This document shows positions 21,272-32,543 of a DNA stretch of 64,000 nucleotides, piece after piece. Made by a program: the position numbers and the translations under genes. Source of the DNA: Naegleria gruberi. Lineage: Eukaryota. Within the stretch, counting starts at the first letter, position 1; each line of letters opens with the position of its first letter. The notes below the pieces were generated by a model, which ran no database searches, was not told the origin of the DNA, and was given only the letters and a program-made list of their open reading frames with translations. Location of the stretch: NCBI GenBank assembly GCA_000004985.1, contig GG738849.1. One strand, 5' to 3'.

Positions 21272-21871
21272 ATTCTCATAATCGTCAATAGTCATCTGTT
21301 CTGGTTGATAAAGATAAGATTTTGGTCCAACTTTTAATTCCTCAGTCTTTGGTTGTTGAACAACTTCTATATGTTTTTCAACTATTGTTTCCTTTGTTGC
21401 TTCCTTAATTTTGACTTGTTGAATTGGTTGTTTTACATCCCTTGTTGGTGGTGCTTGTTGTTCTTGTTTTTGAGGTGTTTGTGGAGGTTTTGGAATTGGA
21501 GGAGGAACATTTGGTGGAGTTCTCTTTTCTTCTCTTGTTGTTTTAATAATTTCAATTTCATCATGCAACTCCAAATCTTCAATTCTTGGAAGAATTTCAA
21601 AGTTTGACTCTCTAGTATTACCAATTGAAAGAGTTGAAAAGAGGAAGATGAAAAGAACAATTGTTCCGAAGAGGATTAAAGTGTACTTCCAAAAATTACT
21701 AATATCTCCACTAGACTCACTCAGTTTCGAGGAAAAACCCTTCTTGTTATAAACTCCCAGAGGATCCAAATCTGCATCCTTAGAAACTGTTAATAATTGA
21801 GGGTTTACATTTGATCTTTTTATCAAATTTTTCCCCTCCTCAATCCCACTAAAATCGGATGATGATGACAT
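19874..21871 (-). CDS. Glycoside hydrolase family 47 alpha-1,2-mannosidase (type II membrane topology), paralog A
   Basis: 665 aa: cytosolic tail, transmembrane segment [21 protein letters not shown], Pro-rich stem, then a GH47 catalytic domain ([77 protein letters not shown]). The 3' two-thirds is near-identical at nucleotide level to the gene at 46594..48480. Confidence 0.9.
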   Translation of the reverse strand: [665 protein letters not shown]

Positions 21872-22068
21872 TTTTTTTGAAATTCGAACATCTCTAACCT
21901 CTTAGCCTTAATTCTCTAAATGTTGTGTTAATACTCTTTGAATAATTTGGGCTGATTCAGAATATTATTATATTATTATTTATTATATATTTATTGAAAT
22001 GAGACAGACAAAAATTGAAAAATTTAGGATACAATCTAGATAACAAGTGTAGAAAAATGGAAATCCAT

Positions 22069-23162
22069 TTACTTCCACATTTGACCCAACTTCATAACTT
22101 GGTGAGTCTTTGGACACAAGTTACAGATACGTCCACAAGCCTTGTTTGGAGTCAAGACAAATTCAAACATGAGAGCAGCAAAAATAGCACCCAAGAATGG
22201 AGCAGTGTAATAAATCCAACAATGCTTATAGAATGACCAAGAAATGAGCATTGGACCCAAAGCACGAGCTGGATTCATACAAGCACCAGTTAAAGCACCA
22301 GCCATGGCATTGGCACCAAGGGCCAAACCAATGTACAAGGCAGAAACGATCTTGGCAATAGGTTCAAAGTTGACTTCCAAGAAGATCTTGCTTTCATTTT
22401 CAACCATCTTGCTTGCTTGGTGAGGAGCAGAAGCATATGATTGAGTATTCAAGTGCTTAACCTTGACGGCAGCTCCGAAAATAGTAGTGACAAACATGAA
22501 GGTCATCAAGAGTTCAGAAGTGAAACCTCTAAGAGCAGTAGTAATGTCATCATTTGGTAAAATGAAAACAGCACCATCAATACCACCAGAAATCCAAAGA
22601 GTTAATGATGATCCGACAACAGCACCCAAACATTGGGCAATCAAATACAAAATACCTGACATGATACCAATATTACGAGTAACCAAAACACAAATAGTAA
22701 CAGCTGGATTAACGTGACCACCAGAAATTGGAGCAAAGACGTGAATGACAATAATCAAACCGAAAATGTGGCCCAAAGAACCACGAATATAATCACCTGG
22801 AACTTGTGAAGAATATTGAGAACTCAAAGTACCAATAAGAACGAACTATTGCAGGTTTAGAATAAATAATGTACTAATAATTGACTACTTACCAGCATGG
22901 TACCAATAAATTCACCCAAAACAGCACGCCAATCGAAAATAATATCGGGATGGGTAAAGAATGGGACAATGTTTGATGTAATTGGGGCTTCTTCGACTGG
23001 TTCTTGTTTATCCTCTAATTCAATTTCGTTGGCAACCAAATCTTTTCTTTGTCCTCTTTCGAGTTCATCCATACTAGTCTTACTGGCACCTTTCTTTCCA
23101 GCTGGTCTGTCGTACTTTTCATCTTCATCATGAAGAGGTTCCTCATAACGGGAGGCTTTCAT
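22069..23162 (-). CDS. Aquaporin / major intrinsic protein; two exons (23162..22893, 22845..22069)
   Basis: Two NPA motifs (SGGHVNPAVT and GACMNPARALGP) and six hydrophobic helices. Acidic N-terminal extension. A 47-nt minus-strand intron (GTAAGTAGTC...TCTAAAC...AATAG) joins ORFs 22857..23162 and 22069..22827 in frame (…GEFIGTML|FVLIGTLSSQ…). Confidence 0.9.
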
Positions 23163-23892
23163 TTTCTTTATAATTTGTTATAAAATACACAATATAAGTG
23201 ATTAACATGATGAGATAACAAAAGGTGATGACACCAATAGATGATGAAAATAAAATTTGGAGATGGATGTTGTGATCAAAAGTAATAAAGATGTTAATAA
23301 AAACAAGTCATCATTAAATAATAAATATCAAACAACAAGAATAGGATCATCACACAACAGGAGTCAACAAAAGCGCTGTAAATAGGAGTGTAACGGTAAG
23401 ATGACTTACCCTTCTTTAGCGGGTTGGTAAGGAATGTATTATTGAATTGTTTTTTTTTAATTTTACAAAATGTTGCAGACCTCTGTTTGGATAACTGGCC
23501 CTAAATAGAATGCAGACATCATAGATAATGCAAAATTTCACTTGAAAAAGTATTTTTATCATTGCTTTACAACATAATATTACAATCTTCAACTTAAATC
23601 TACTTTTGGAATGAATGCCATTCCATGTCGAACGGATACCAATGACTTTTGCTTCTTCAGCAATTAATAATTCAAATAACGTAATAGAACTAGATTAGAA
23701 ATTTCTTCTTCTTTCACCTTTAATTTAGAACAGACCCTCTCCGTGTAGTGATGTCACTTGTATCCTTATAATTTTCCTTCATTATCTCAGAGAATTGTCT
23801 TAATTGCTAAAATATTTGAAAATTAATTTTTTATTTTAAAAAGAAAAAATATTAACAATGCCTCCATACAAAGATCTTCATCGCGGACTTGA

Positions 23893-26413
23893 TTAATTCT
23901 CCACCAAGTATTCTCTGATTGTCGTATGATAACCCTTCAGTAAATGCTCAACAAACTTTTCATCTCTATTCTGTTCAATAGTATTGATGAGGTGAAGTAA
24001 CTTTTTGGAGGGAACATCCTCACCCTTCTCCATCAAATAGGTTTCTAAATAGACCTTCTTTTCCTTTAGCTCAGATAGTATATTCTCTACACTTGTATTG
24101 TTGTTGAAGAGATTGAAAATAGAGTGGTATTGGAGAATCTTTTGATTTTGATTCTTATTTTCCAACTCGTACATCCATTCTACAATATTGATTAGGAAAG
24201 ATAATAATAAGAAATGTTGATGAAAACAAAGAATACTTACCATCACCTTCAACTTTGGATTCTCTGATAATTTCGTAAATAGTTTGTGGAGTATTGTCGT
24301 GGGTTGTGTCTTTCTGATGTGAGTTGGAGGAGAATACTGAATTGTGTGGGATTATTCTGTCGACTGGTCTGACAACAAAGTGCTCATTATTTGCAGTTTG
24401 CTCGTCGACAAGGATGGATATTCTGTACAATGAAGCCAAATGGCTTAACCTTTGAGACATTTTACATGCATTGGAAATAATAGAGTAGACTCTTGAGGTT
24501 TTAGTTCCCAAGTTTCCAACGTAAGAAGAGCGAGTAGAGATTCCTATGAAGCACTCGATCTGAGTTTCGCTCAGATCTTGTTGTTGGTTGATTTGATCCA
24601 TAACTTTTCTAATTTTAAGAGCTAACTCTTGAGCTACCAAGTTGGACTTTTTCTTCTTGCTTTCTATTATTATTTGGTATTCATCTAGGGCAATAATTTG
24701 ATAATCACATTGGAAAACCTTTGCTGCTTCTGAAATACTAGTCAAAATTTTAGGGAATATACTTGAAACTGTTTCATGAGAATGATTTTTCAACAAGTTA
24801 CTCAATCTTACATTCACTACTGAGCACTCTTTGTGTGTGAGACCTAATTTAAAAAGACCACCCTTGTGATGAGTACCACTATCATTTGTTCGATTTCTGT
24901 CACTAAAACTACTGTTCAACCCAGTGCTAACCGAAATATCTGTTCCTTCTTGCTTCTTTTCTGCAATAGGTTCTTCCTCAATGTTTTGATTCTGTTGTAA
25001 TTGGAGGAATACTGATTCAGGAACAAAGGCCTTAATTTCTTTTAACCACTTAACTGTAATGGACAAGCTTGTATAGACTTGATTTAATTCATTGAACATG
25101 GAATTGGAATGTCTGACATTCTCAAGCTCGAAGATTTTGATAAATTCAAATTGGTTTCTGAGATAGGAAATTGGTTTCAAAATAATCATTGAAAGCACGA
25201 CTGAAAATGCAATACCAATAAGCGTAATCAAAACGGCAACACCAACCGAAACACCAATACTAATGTGAGTGGTTTGCAAAATATCTTGTGTTACTACAAT
25301 GACATACATATCCCATTTGATATTTTCAAATTCGTAAACAACATGTCGCACAAGATAATCAACACCATTTGAGGAAATTGAAGTACCTTTTGGTAGCTTA
25401 CTGATATCACCAATAGTTGAATTGATATCTTTCATTAACTTGCCTGCATTTCTAGCCGAAATATCAAAAATACTCAATCTTGACTTTTCATCAAATGTTG
25501 TACAATTGATACTGCCAGCTATTACATAGTCGTTTGAGCTTTCTTTGATAATTACAAAACCTTGGTCGAAGACTTGGACCTTCTTCTCAAGAAAATCACT
25601 AATACCAGAAAGTGGCTTGACAATTCTTGCAATACCTTTCAAATGTTTGGTTCCTTGAGCGAATAATTGTTGGTCATACACCTTGGCACCAAATGAAATG
25701 GACAAGGTTCCGTTTGTAACAATGTAAGGATAACTGAAAGCTCCCTCCTTCCCAATTCTAGCTGCTTCACTCACAGCAACATAGTAAAAGTCCTTCTTTG
25801 CCACATTGTAAGGAGTATAATCAATAGTTTCATTTAACACAAGAAGAGTACCATTCAACAAATAGGTATCACGAATTGAGCCAATGAAACCAGGAGGTTG
25901 ATAAGAGTAGACAATTTCCTGTTTACCTTGTTTTCCAATAATGGTATAGGAATATCTTTCTGAAGGATTTGTAAATGCATAACCAGCACTCAACCCACTC
26001 ACTTTGAAAGGAGTATAAAAGTATTTTCTAAAGTAATCAGTTGTAGCCAATCCATAATTATAGTGATCTGCCATCGTCATGCCAGTATTTTTCATTTCGT
26101 TCAAAACCGAGTCAATATAAACACTCATCTTTTCTTCAAGCAAACCAAGAACATTTTCAGTTAGTTCATCCACTGATTGATTCATCAATACAAATACAGA
26201 GACATAGATAGAAACAGAACACAACAAGACAAGCATTATCATTGAGACAATTATAAATGTCTTTAAAGAGCAACAAGTTGTTTTCTTTCCAGTGCCAAAG
26301 AAGGACCCATCATCAGAGAAAGATGCAATACTCTGGTCCTCCTTATGATTTTCTATAACACTTGCAGTGGTGGGTGTTATCTTCATGTCTTTTTTAAAAA
26401 GAATTGTTTTCAT
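23893..26413 (-). CDS. Receptor-type class III nucleotide cyclase-like protein: N-terminal transmembrane segment, about 370 aa extracellular sensor region, second transmembrane segment, cytosolic adenylyl/guanylyl-cyclase-like domain. Two exons (26413..24241, 24179..23893)
   Basis: Hydrophobic segments IIVSMIMLVLLCSVSIYVSVFVLM and GVSVGVAVLITLIGIAFSVVLSMIILK. The C-terminal domain (CSVVNVRLSNLLKNH...CDYQIIALDEYQIIIESKKK...IGISTRSSYVGNLGTKTSRVYSIISNACKMSQRLSHLA) resembles class III cyclase catalytic cores (KIKTIGDAYM / IGIHTGPVVAGVIG...NTASRME). A 61-nt intron (GTAAGTATTC...CCTAATC...TTGTAG) joins the two ORFs as ...KVEGD|EWMYELENK. The start is taken as the first ATG; the ORF opens at a GTG at 26479. 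Confidence 0.7.
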
Positions 26414-26592
26414 CAAATGTTTTAAAAAGTTGTAGTTTATGCACGAATCTGAACCTAAAGTCCAAAAGAACTTATGCACATTAGAATAATGCGTCTTTCG
26501 AAACTATCTCTTTCAGCACAAATAACAGCGATCTAACACTCCCACTTGGCAGAGATTTAGCTCAAGAACAAGCTGACACACAATAGGCATTG

Positions 26593-26610
26593 AATTTTGG
26601 CGCCTTTTTT
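26593..26610. promoter_or_regulatory. E2F-like element GAATTTTGGCGCCTTTTTT
   Basis: Upstream (minus-strand orientation) of the cyclase-like receptor gene starting at 26413/26479. Confidence 0.4.
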
Positions 26611-26699
26611 CTGTACAATTTTAGCTAAATTGTCAGTTCAATTGATACACAACTATGCCTCGATAATCCTTTAGTATGTATCGGTGTAGTCGAGAATGT

Positions 26700-27735
26700 C
26701 TAAAATCACTTTTTTTGTTCTACCTCAATGATCAGGAAAGGATGGATTTTGATAAAATTTGTTTAAATTTCTTCTGAGATTGAGGAAAAGCCAATGAAAC
26801 CCATATCTAGTGTAAGTAAATTCATGCACTTTTTAGAGAAGTGAAGGCCAAGAAATAGTGTCTTCTTTTCATACGCCCAAGGAAGATGATCTATGTTATT
26901 TACAAGAAAGAATCTGACAATTATTAGATTTTGAACTCAAATTAGTTTAGAATAGGTTTAATTTTGTCTAATGAGTGGAAAAGTTGATTCCAAACAACAA
27001 CAAATGAAAAGTTTATTGAAGGAACTATTTGAATTGCGTTTGGTTTCTTACTTCTAAATCAAATGAAAGATCTATTGTAGGATCCAGAATGCTTTCAATC
27101 GTTGCTATGAGATATTGTGTAGATTCCAACGAGCAATCCAGCATTTTACGTTTATGGCACAACACGAACAATCAGTGGATGATTAATTTTCTCCAGAATC
27201 TTCTTTGAAGAATCCAACAAGTTGTCACTAAGCATGGAGTAATTCTTCACTTCTGAAAGAGCTTGAAGAATATCTCTCAATATTTGAATACAGAACAGAC
27301 CTGGATCAGAAAAATTATGATCGTAAAGTTGACGCTCTGAAAGAAGTTTTTCTGTGACTGTTATTATATAATCATTGCTAACGTTTTACACAAAAAATTA
27401 CTCTCAATATGTTTTACAATATTCATGGCGTCCTGATTTTCATATCTTTTTTCGGATAATTTGAAGAAAATGTTGCATTGATTTTTCATTTCTCCATGAC
27501 CATAAATTTGCCTACTTCCTTCGCAATCGATTTCAGCATTCTTAATGCCATACTTTTCTAACGTACTAATATCGAATTGTAGAATATCTTTTTTAGATTT
27601 CGAATTATTCTCAGGTGTGTGGATTAACATGTCGTCTTTAATTTGAAGGGATAGCATTTCCTGATTAAGAATATTTAAATCATCTTGTAGCATTGCCTTA
27701 AAACAAAACATATCTAAATTAAGTAATAACAAGAC
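26700..27735 (-). pseudogene. String of short, mutually out-of-frame minus-strand ORF fragments with protein-like composition (weak Mo25/CAB39-like hints); probably a decayed gene
   Basis: Fragments ...NIVKHIESNFLCKTLAMII, RQLYDHNFSDPGLFCIQILRDILQALSEVKNYSMLSDNLLDSSKKILEKINHPLIVRVVP and MLDCSLESTQYLIATIESILDPTIDLSFDLEVRNQTQFK lie in three different frames with no GT..AG joins I could place. The region 26.5-29.7 kb otherwise lacks ORFs longer than 125 aa. Confidence 0.25.
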
Positions 27736-28261
27736 AGTAAACTGTTTTTTATCTCACCAAAAAAATAACAAACACCATACCCAATAATGATTGTGTTATC
27801 ACTCAACTCTGTCTCACCTTTAGAAAAAATGGAGGTTCACGACCACCCAAATATCTTTCTTGAATTGAATAGTTGGCCTCTGGCAAGGAAATGAAATTTT
27901 GAAACGATCTCAAGTTAGATGTACGATGAACTTTTTGCATACTATCTTTGATATCTTTCATGTCGAGATGTCAATTCCACCATTTTACTATAGACTTTTG
28001 ACGTTGTATCATAAAGTGTACTCCAACTCGCTCATTTTCCTTATAATCTACCTAGAATTGTATCACACAGTTATGGCATCTGTACTAGTTTTGAAACAAT
28101 TCATACCCTCTCATTCAGTCAATCAGGAAATGCTCAATGTCAACAATGTTTATCCATTTGAACACTCCATCTCAGAAAAAGTTCATCCAATGAGATACGA
28201 GTTTTTATTGTTACGGGTAGCATATACAATCAGAATTCAACATCTCAACAACGAAACCAGA

Positions 28262-28540
28262 TCTAATCTTTAGTCAATAAAGTTGAAAACAACCATCTTG
28301 TTATGGCTTCTGCAGTTCTGTCATCTTTTAGTCTTAGTTTTTCAAAAGCATGTCCAATCTTGGCTTCGTCATCTCCATTAAAACCTATCAATGCGGCCAC
28401 AATGATTTCCAGGTCAGAACCTTCCGTATCATTGGCATCTTTTGCTCTATTTTGCTTAGTCCAACACCACTGAAGCAGTTAACAATTCTTGGATGGACTC
28501 AACTGACCATGTGGAACAAGTATCCATATCTAATTGGTGC
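28262..28540 (-). other. Short minus-strand ORF pair: MDTCSTWSVESIQELLTASVVLD ends at TAA and continues in the +1 frame as KQNRAKDANDTEGSDLEIIVAALIGFNGDDEAKIGHAFEKLRLKDDRTAEAITRWLFSTLLTKD
   Basis: Non-low-complexity, protein-like composition. The junction is GAC TAA G (plus coordinates about 28455-28461). No homology could be assigned. Confidence 0.2.
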
Positions 28541-29679
28541 TGTCTCATTCTGAAAATTCCTGTTTTCCTTTTTAGAGTTTGGATTTTGGAGAAAGGATTT
28601 TCTTTTTTAAAGTATTTTCGTTTGTTCTATTGATTGTTTTATATTCCTTACTTCCTTCAGATAGACCTTCTGTAGATGAACTTTCCACTTCTGGTATGAG
28701 TTTTACAACTTCTTCCCCAAGAAATCAACAGGATACTTGGACACCCAACTATCATATAAAAGCTCCATAAATTCTTTCAACCTAGATATGCTTCTTGAAA
28801 ATAAGTGTACCTGAAGGGAAGTCTCTGCCATTTTGTTTTTATTAGATGGTGTGCAATCTGTTCGATAAACTTGCCCATAAACATGGGCTTGTATTGCAAA
28901 TGCTCTTATTGTTCTTTTGGCTTGTTTTCCTCCAGGAACGTAAATAGCTAGTGTGAAATGGGTGGGTATTTCATACGTAACAGAAACTTGCTTGTTATCT
29001 CCATTTAGAAGCTAGACATGCCGTGGGCCATGGTAGTAGTTGTATTTTTTTTTGTGTTAAAAATACATACCAACCGTAGTCTCCTTAGTTAACAGTCTAT
29101 TACTACAGGAGTTTCAAATGATGAATTGGATGTTGAATATCAGCAAGTTTCTAATTAAATAATAATAAAACTCATTATACACAAACACTACTTCAAAGGC
29201 ACGGTCATGATTCAATAGAATTTACTGACAAAGAAACATGCTGGCACTTCATGAAACATTCAATAAGAAGATTTTCTCTCCAAACTTAATGCCAGGTTTT
29301 GAGATACTGGTGGGCTTTGAATTTAACGAAAATGATTTGCATGTTGTTTGCCTTCTTGATGTGTTTTGAAGCTAAGGGAGTAGTGCACAATTTCCTTTTT
29401 GCTTAAAATATTTACCTCAAAACGGCATGGTAACTATTGACGATGTGGAATGGGAGTCTTCTTTTCATTGAAGGACTAACCACTTTCTGCTTGCATTGTA
29501 AAATCTCTAAACCTAAAAATAACTTCAAATACAAGATTGAAACAACAAAACCTTCAAATCCAAAAATACATATTCTAATTTTAAATTCAAACCAAAAAAA
29601 ACAACTTTTTGTGTAAACCTACTCGTTAAATTGCCTCTTTTGCAAAACGAAAATATAATTAAACCTATTAATTTCAAAA

Positions 29680-31093
29680 ATGATGATTAACAATACTATT
29701 AACGCTCAAGACAATATTGCTCTCTACAAGTACAAGCAACAATTAGAACAATTGGAAAATTGCAAAGGCTTGGGAACATCTGTTATTACCTTGTTGGTTA
29801 GTTGCAAGACTTCATTGACTCAAGTTATTTCTCAAATGGATCAACGTTTGACAAAGTCTAACAATATCAAGTCGTGTATTTAACAGGAATAGTGTTCAAG
29901 TGGCTACAAGGACTGTTATATCCAGATTAAAGCTATTGAAACAGACACCTGCTAATGGTTTGGCAATTTTCTGTGGAATGGTAAATCCAGATTCTGCTCC
30001 AGGTTTATTCTCTGATGATGAATCTAGTTTGGTGGTTGATAACGGTTTAGAAGGCTCTGACAATAATGCACATGTTGATTTGAAGAAATTGTGTGTTATG
30101 ATTGAACCACCAAATCCAATTGACAGCAATCTTTACTATTGTGACGATTGTTTCCATGTTGAACAGTTGAGAAGTCAATTGCAAGAATTTAATTCTGGAA
30201 AAACTTATGGTGTAATTGTTATTACAGGTACAGGTACTTTGTATGGTACTTTACGTGGAAATACCAGTAGTATTTTACGTGAATTTTCTCATGAACTTCC
30301 AAAGAAACATTCTAAGGGAGGTCAATCTCGTGAAAGATTTGCTAGAAATAGAGAAATTGCCAAGAATGAATATCTCAAGATTATTGCAGAGAAGGCAAAT
30401 GGTTTATTCGTTTCTTCAGCTCTCAATGCTCCAACTGTTGATGCTATTATTCTTGCTGGATGTGCAGAATTGAAGAATGAATTACTTTCTCTCAAATCTG
30501 ATTGTTTAGACTATAGATTGAGAACTAGAATTTTAACTGTTGTTGATGTTGCATATGGTGGCAGACCTGGATTTTATCAAGCTATTCAACTTGCACAAAA
30601 TGAAATTCAAGATTCTAGATTCTTGGAAGAGAGTGAAACCATTCAAGAGCTATTGAATTTACTTTCCAAAGGATCCAAGGCTGTTGTTGGTTTGGAAGAA
30701 ACCATGTTTGCTATTGCAAGTGGTTGGGCTAGTAAGGTAATCTTGTGCGAAAAGCAATCATCCTTGAAGAGAGTTACACTCTCTGATGATTCTGTTCACT
30801 ATTTGGAAGAAGACAAGATTAAATTCTTATTGGAAAGAAATTCTGTCAAGGTTGCTAGAATTGAAAACCTTATTGATTATTTAGTTGACAATTACAAGAA
30901 AATTGGTATTGACAAGTTGTCTCTTGTTACTGATTGTACTAATGAGGGAAATATGTTTTTGAAGGGCTTCTCAGGTATTGGTGCTATTCTAAAGTTTGAT
31001 GTAAATGTTGCCTCTCTTCTCTCTGAGGAGAAGGATAACTTTGAAGCTTTTGAAGAGGAAGCCTACAATGAAGACTTGTCCGAATTCTACTAA
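29680..31093 (+). CDS. Eukaryotic peptide chain release factor subunit 1 (eRF1), encoded in two frames: frame 1 runs 29680..29880 and ends NIKS-C-I-TAA; the +1 frame runs from about 29882 to 31093
   Basis: Frame 1 encodes LYKYKQQLEQLENCKGLGTSVITLLVS...RLTKSNNIKS (compare human [25 protein letters not shown]...TASNIKS). The +1 frame encodes NRNSVQVATRTVISRLKLLKQTPANGLAIFCGMV...GQSRERFARNR...GFSGIGAILKFDV (compare [32 protein letters not shown]...GGQSALRFARLR...). The frames overlap over only 32 nt (29852-29883), with the 0-frame stop in ATT TAA C. No GT-AG intron of plausible size fits. Confidence 0.85.
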
Positions 31094-31228
31094 ATGGATT
31101 AGAAAGTATATTAAGGATGAATTACAAATTAGATCCTTCAATTATTTGAACAACAACAAAATAAACTACAATTGTGTGAAGAATATTTTTTTGGCTTCTG
31201 CTGAATGGATAGCTATTGAGGGGTTAAG

Positions 31229-31242
31229 AAATGGCGCCATAG
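31229..31242. promoter_or_regulatory. Palindrome AAATGGCGCCATAG (GGCGCC core)
   Basis: About 60 nt upstream of the ARL2BP-like ATG at 31300. Confidence 0.35.
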
Positions 31243-31299
31243 TTAGTTAATCGTTGTATCTGTCTAAACATACAATGTCTAATAACAACTTTAAAAAAA

Positions 31300-31695
31300 A
31301 TGTCTGAAATTGTATATTCTGTTATGGAGTACTTGTTGGATGAACAATTCGGTGATGCTGTAGGTAAATTAAAAACATGATTCTAAATAATGGATGATAA
31401 GGTAGAAGAGTTCGGTAATAAGCACTGTGATATCTTTGAAATTGATGAAGAAGAACAAAAATTGGAATATACAAATGTATACAACAAATTCGTAAAGCTT
31501 TTTGAATCCAAAGTTGAAGAATTGCTTAAACAAAAGGGAGTCACACCTCAAGAATTTTATATTGAATGTAAAAGATTGTCTGAGGAAGAAAACGATCAAG
31601 AAATTGTAGAGTTCTTGTTAGCACTTTCAGATTATCAAGTATTTTACAACATGATGAAGGAAATCAAGTTGAGAAAACTAGGAAAACAACAATAA
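31300..31695 (+). CDS. ARL2-binding protein (BART)-like; two exons (31300..31359 or ..31363, 31402 or 31406..31695)
   Basis: The spliced product MSEIVYSVMEYLLDEQFGDAVEEFGNKHCDIFEIDEEEQKLEYTNVYNKFVKLFESKVEELLKQ...LALSDYQVFYNMMKE matches ARL2BP (FDAVVGYLEDIIMDDEFQ...EDTEENKLIYTPIFNEYISLVEKYIEEQLL...FTDFLAFKEMFLD). The intron is 42 nt (GTAGGT or GTAAAT donor, TTCTAAAT branch, AAG or TAG acceptor); both options give the same protein. An ATGGCGCCAT palindrome lies 60 nt upstream. Confidence 0.6.
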
Positions 31696-32113
31696 AACCA
31701 TTGTATTTTTAATAATTTATTATCATCATTGAGTAAGGAATTAGAGTAGTACGTTTATTGAATAAATGAAAAGAAATTAAAGGAATGGTACAGAATATTC
31801 TGTAACTTCTCACTCTATCTCAAAGTTGTAGAATGTTGTTATCAAAGTCTACTAAGGGACGTTTGTAACAAAATTTTCATTCATCAACCTGTCATCCCAG
31901 AGTGATATCAATGTGTCGTTGATGCAGTAATGTATGCCTTGTTGATTCCGATACTGTACAATTAGAAGTAATCAAAATTAATAGGTGTCACTTCTGATGA
32001 ATTAACAAAGCACAACAACCTTCCACCACTATTGCATTACCAATTCCGATACTCTTTTAAATTATAGTAAACGTACAAGTGTTGGATCAGGTCTTGACCC
32101 AACACTACTTTCC

Positions 32114-32347
32114 TCATGATCCTCCAAAACAATTTGGACCTTGTTTAGGTGGTCCTTTCACTCTTCCAATTGTTTTTCCTCCCGATCCTGAATAACCTCC
32201 AGATTGACCACCTTTGGATCCCTTGTTTTGTGGATTGAGTGAAGAGAAGAACAAGACAAGGAAGGATATAAATGCAGCCCACCAATACTTGATGGTTCCT
32301 ATCAATCCCCTAGATGATTGAATTTTACCACTACTGTCAATATACAT
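32114..32347 (-). CDS. Small (about 77 aa) single-transmembrane protein with a Gly/Ser-rich C-terminal tail; unassigned
   Basis: First ATG of ORF 32114..32491 at 32345-32347. MYIDSSGKIQSSRGLIGTIKYWWAAFISFLVLFFSSLNPQNKGSKGGQSGGYSGSGGKTIGRVKGPPKQGPNCFGGS. No family recognised. Confidence 0.3.
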   Translation of the reverse strand: MYIDSSGKIQSSRGLIGTIKYWWAAFISFLVLFFSSLNPQNKGSKGGQSGGYSGSGGKTIGRVKGPPKQGPNCFGGS

Positions 32348-32543
32348 TTTCCGAAGATCAGTTGTTGTATTGATAGTGAAGCGACAAAGAATGATCCCTT
32401 GGACAAAATTACGTATTTTTTTTCTATTTTTAAATTTTATTTTTGATTTTAAATTAAACACACATAAAGTTTTGATTAAGAAATTTTGCATTTGTTTTTA
32501 TTCTCATAGATTATGATATAAATGTTAATTTTTTGAAAAATAT

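Noticed and set aside
29871-29886. A 13-16 nt GT..AG mini-intron (gtcgtgtatttaacag) as the explanation for the eRF1 frame change
   Set aside because: It would delete the universally conserved RVNRL block right after NIKS. All other introns in the window are at least 40 nt. The +1 reading gives a gapless alignment.
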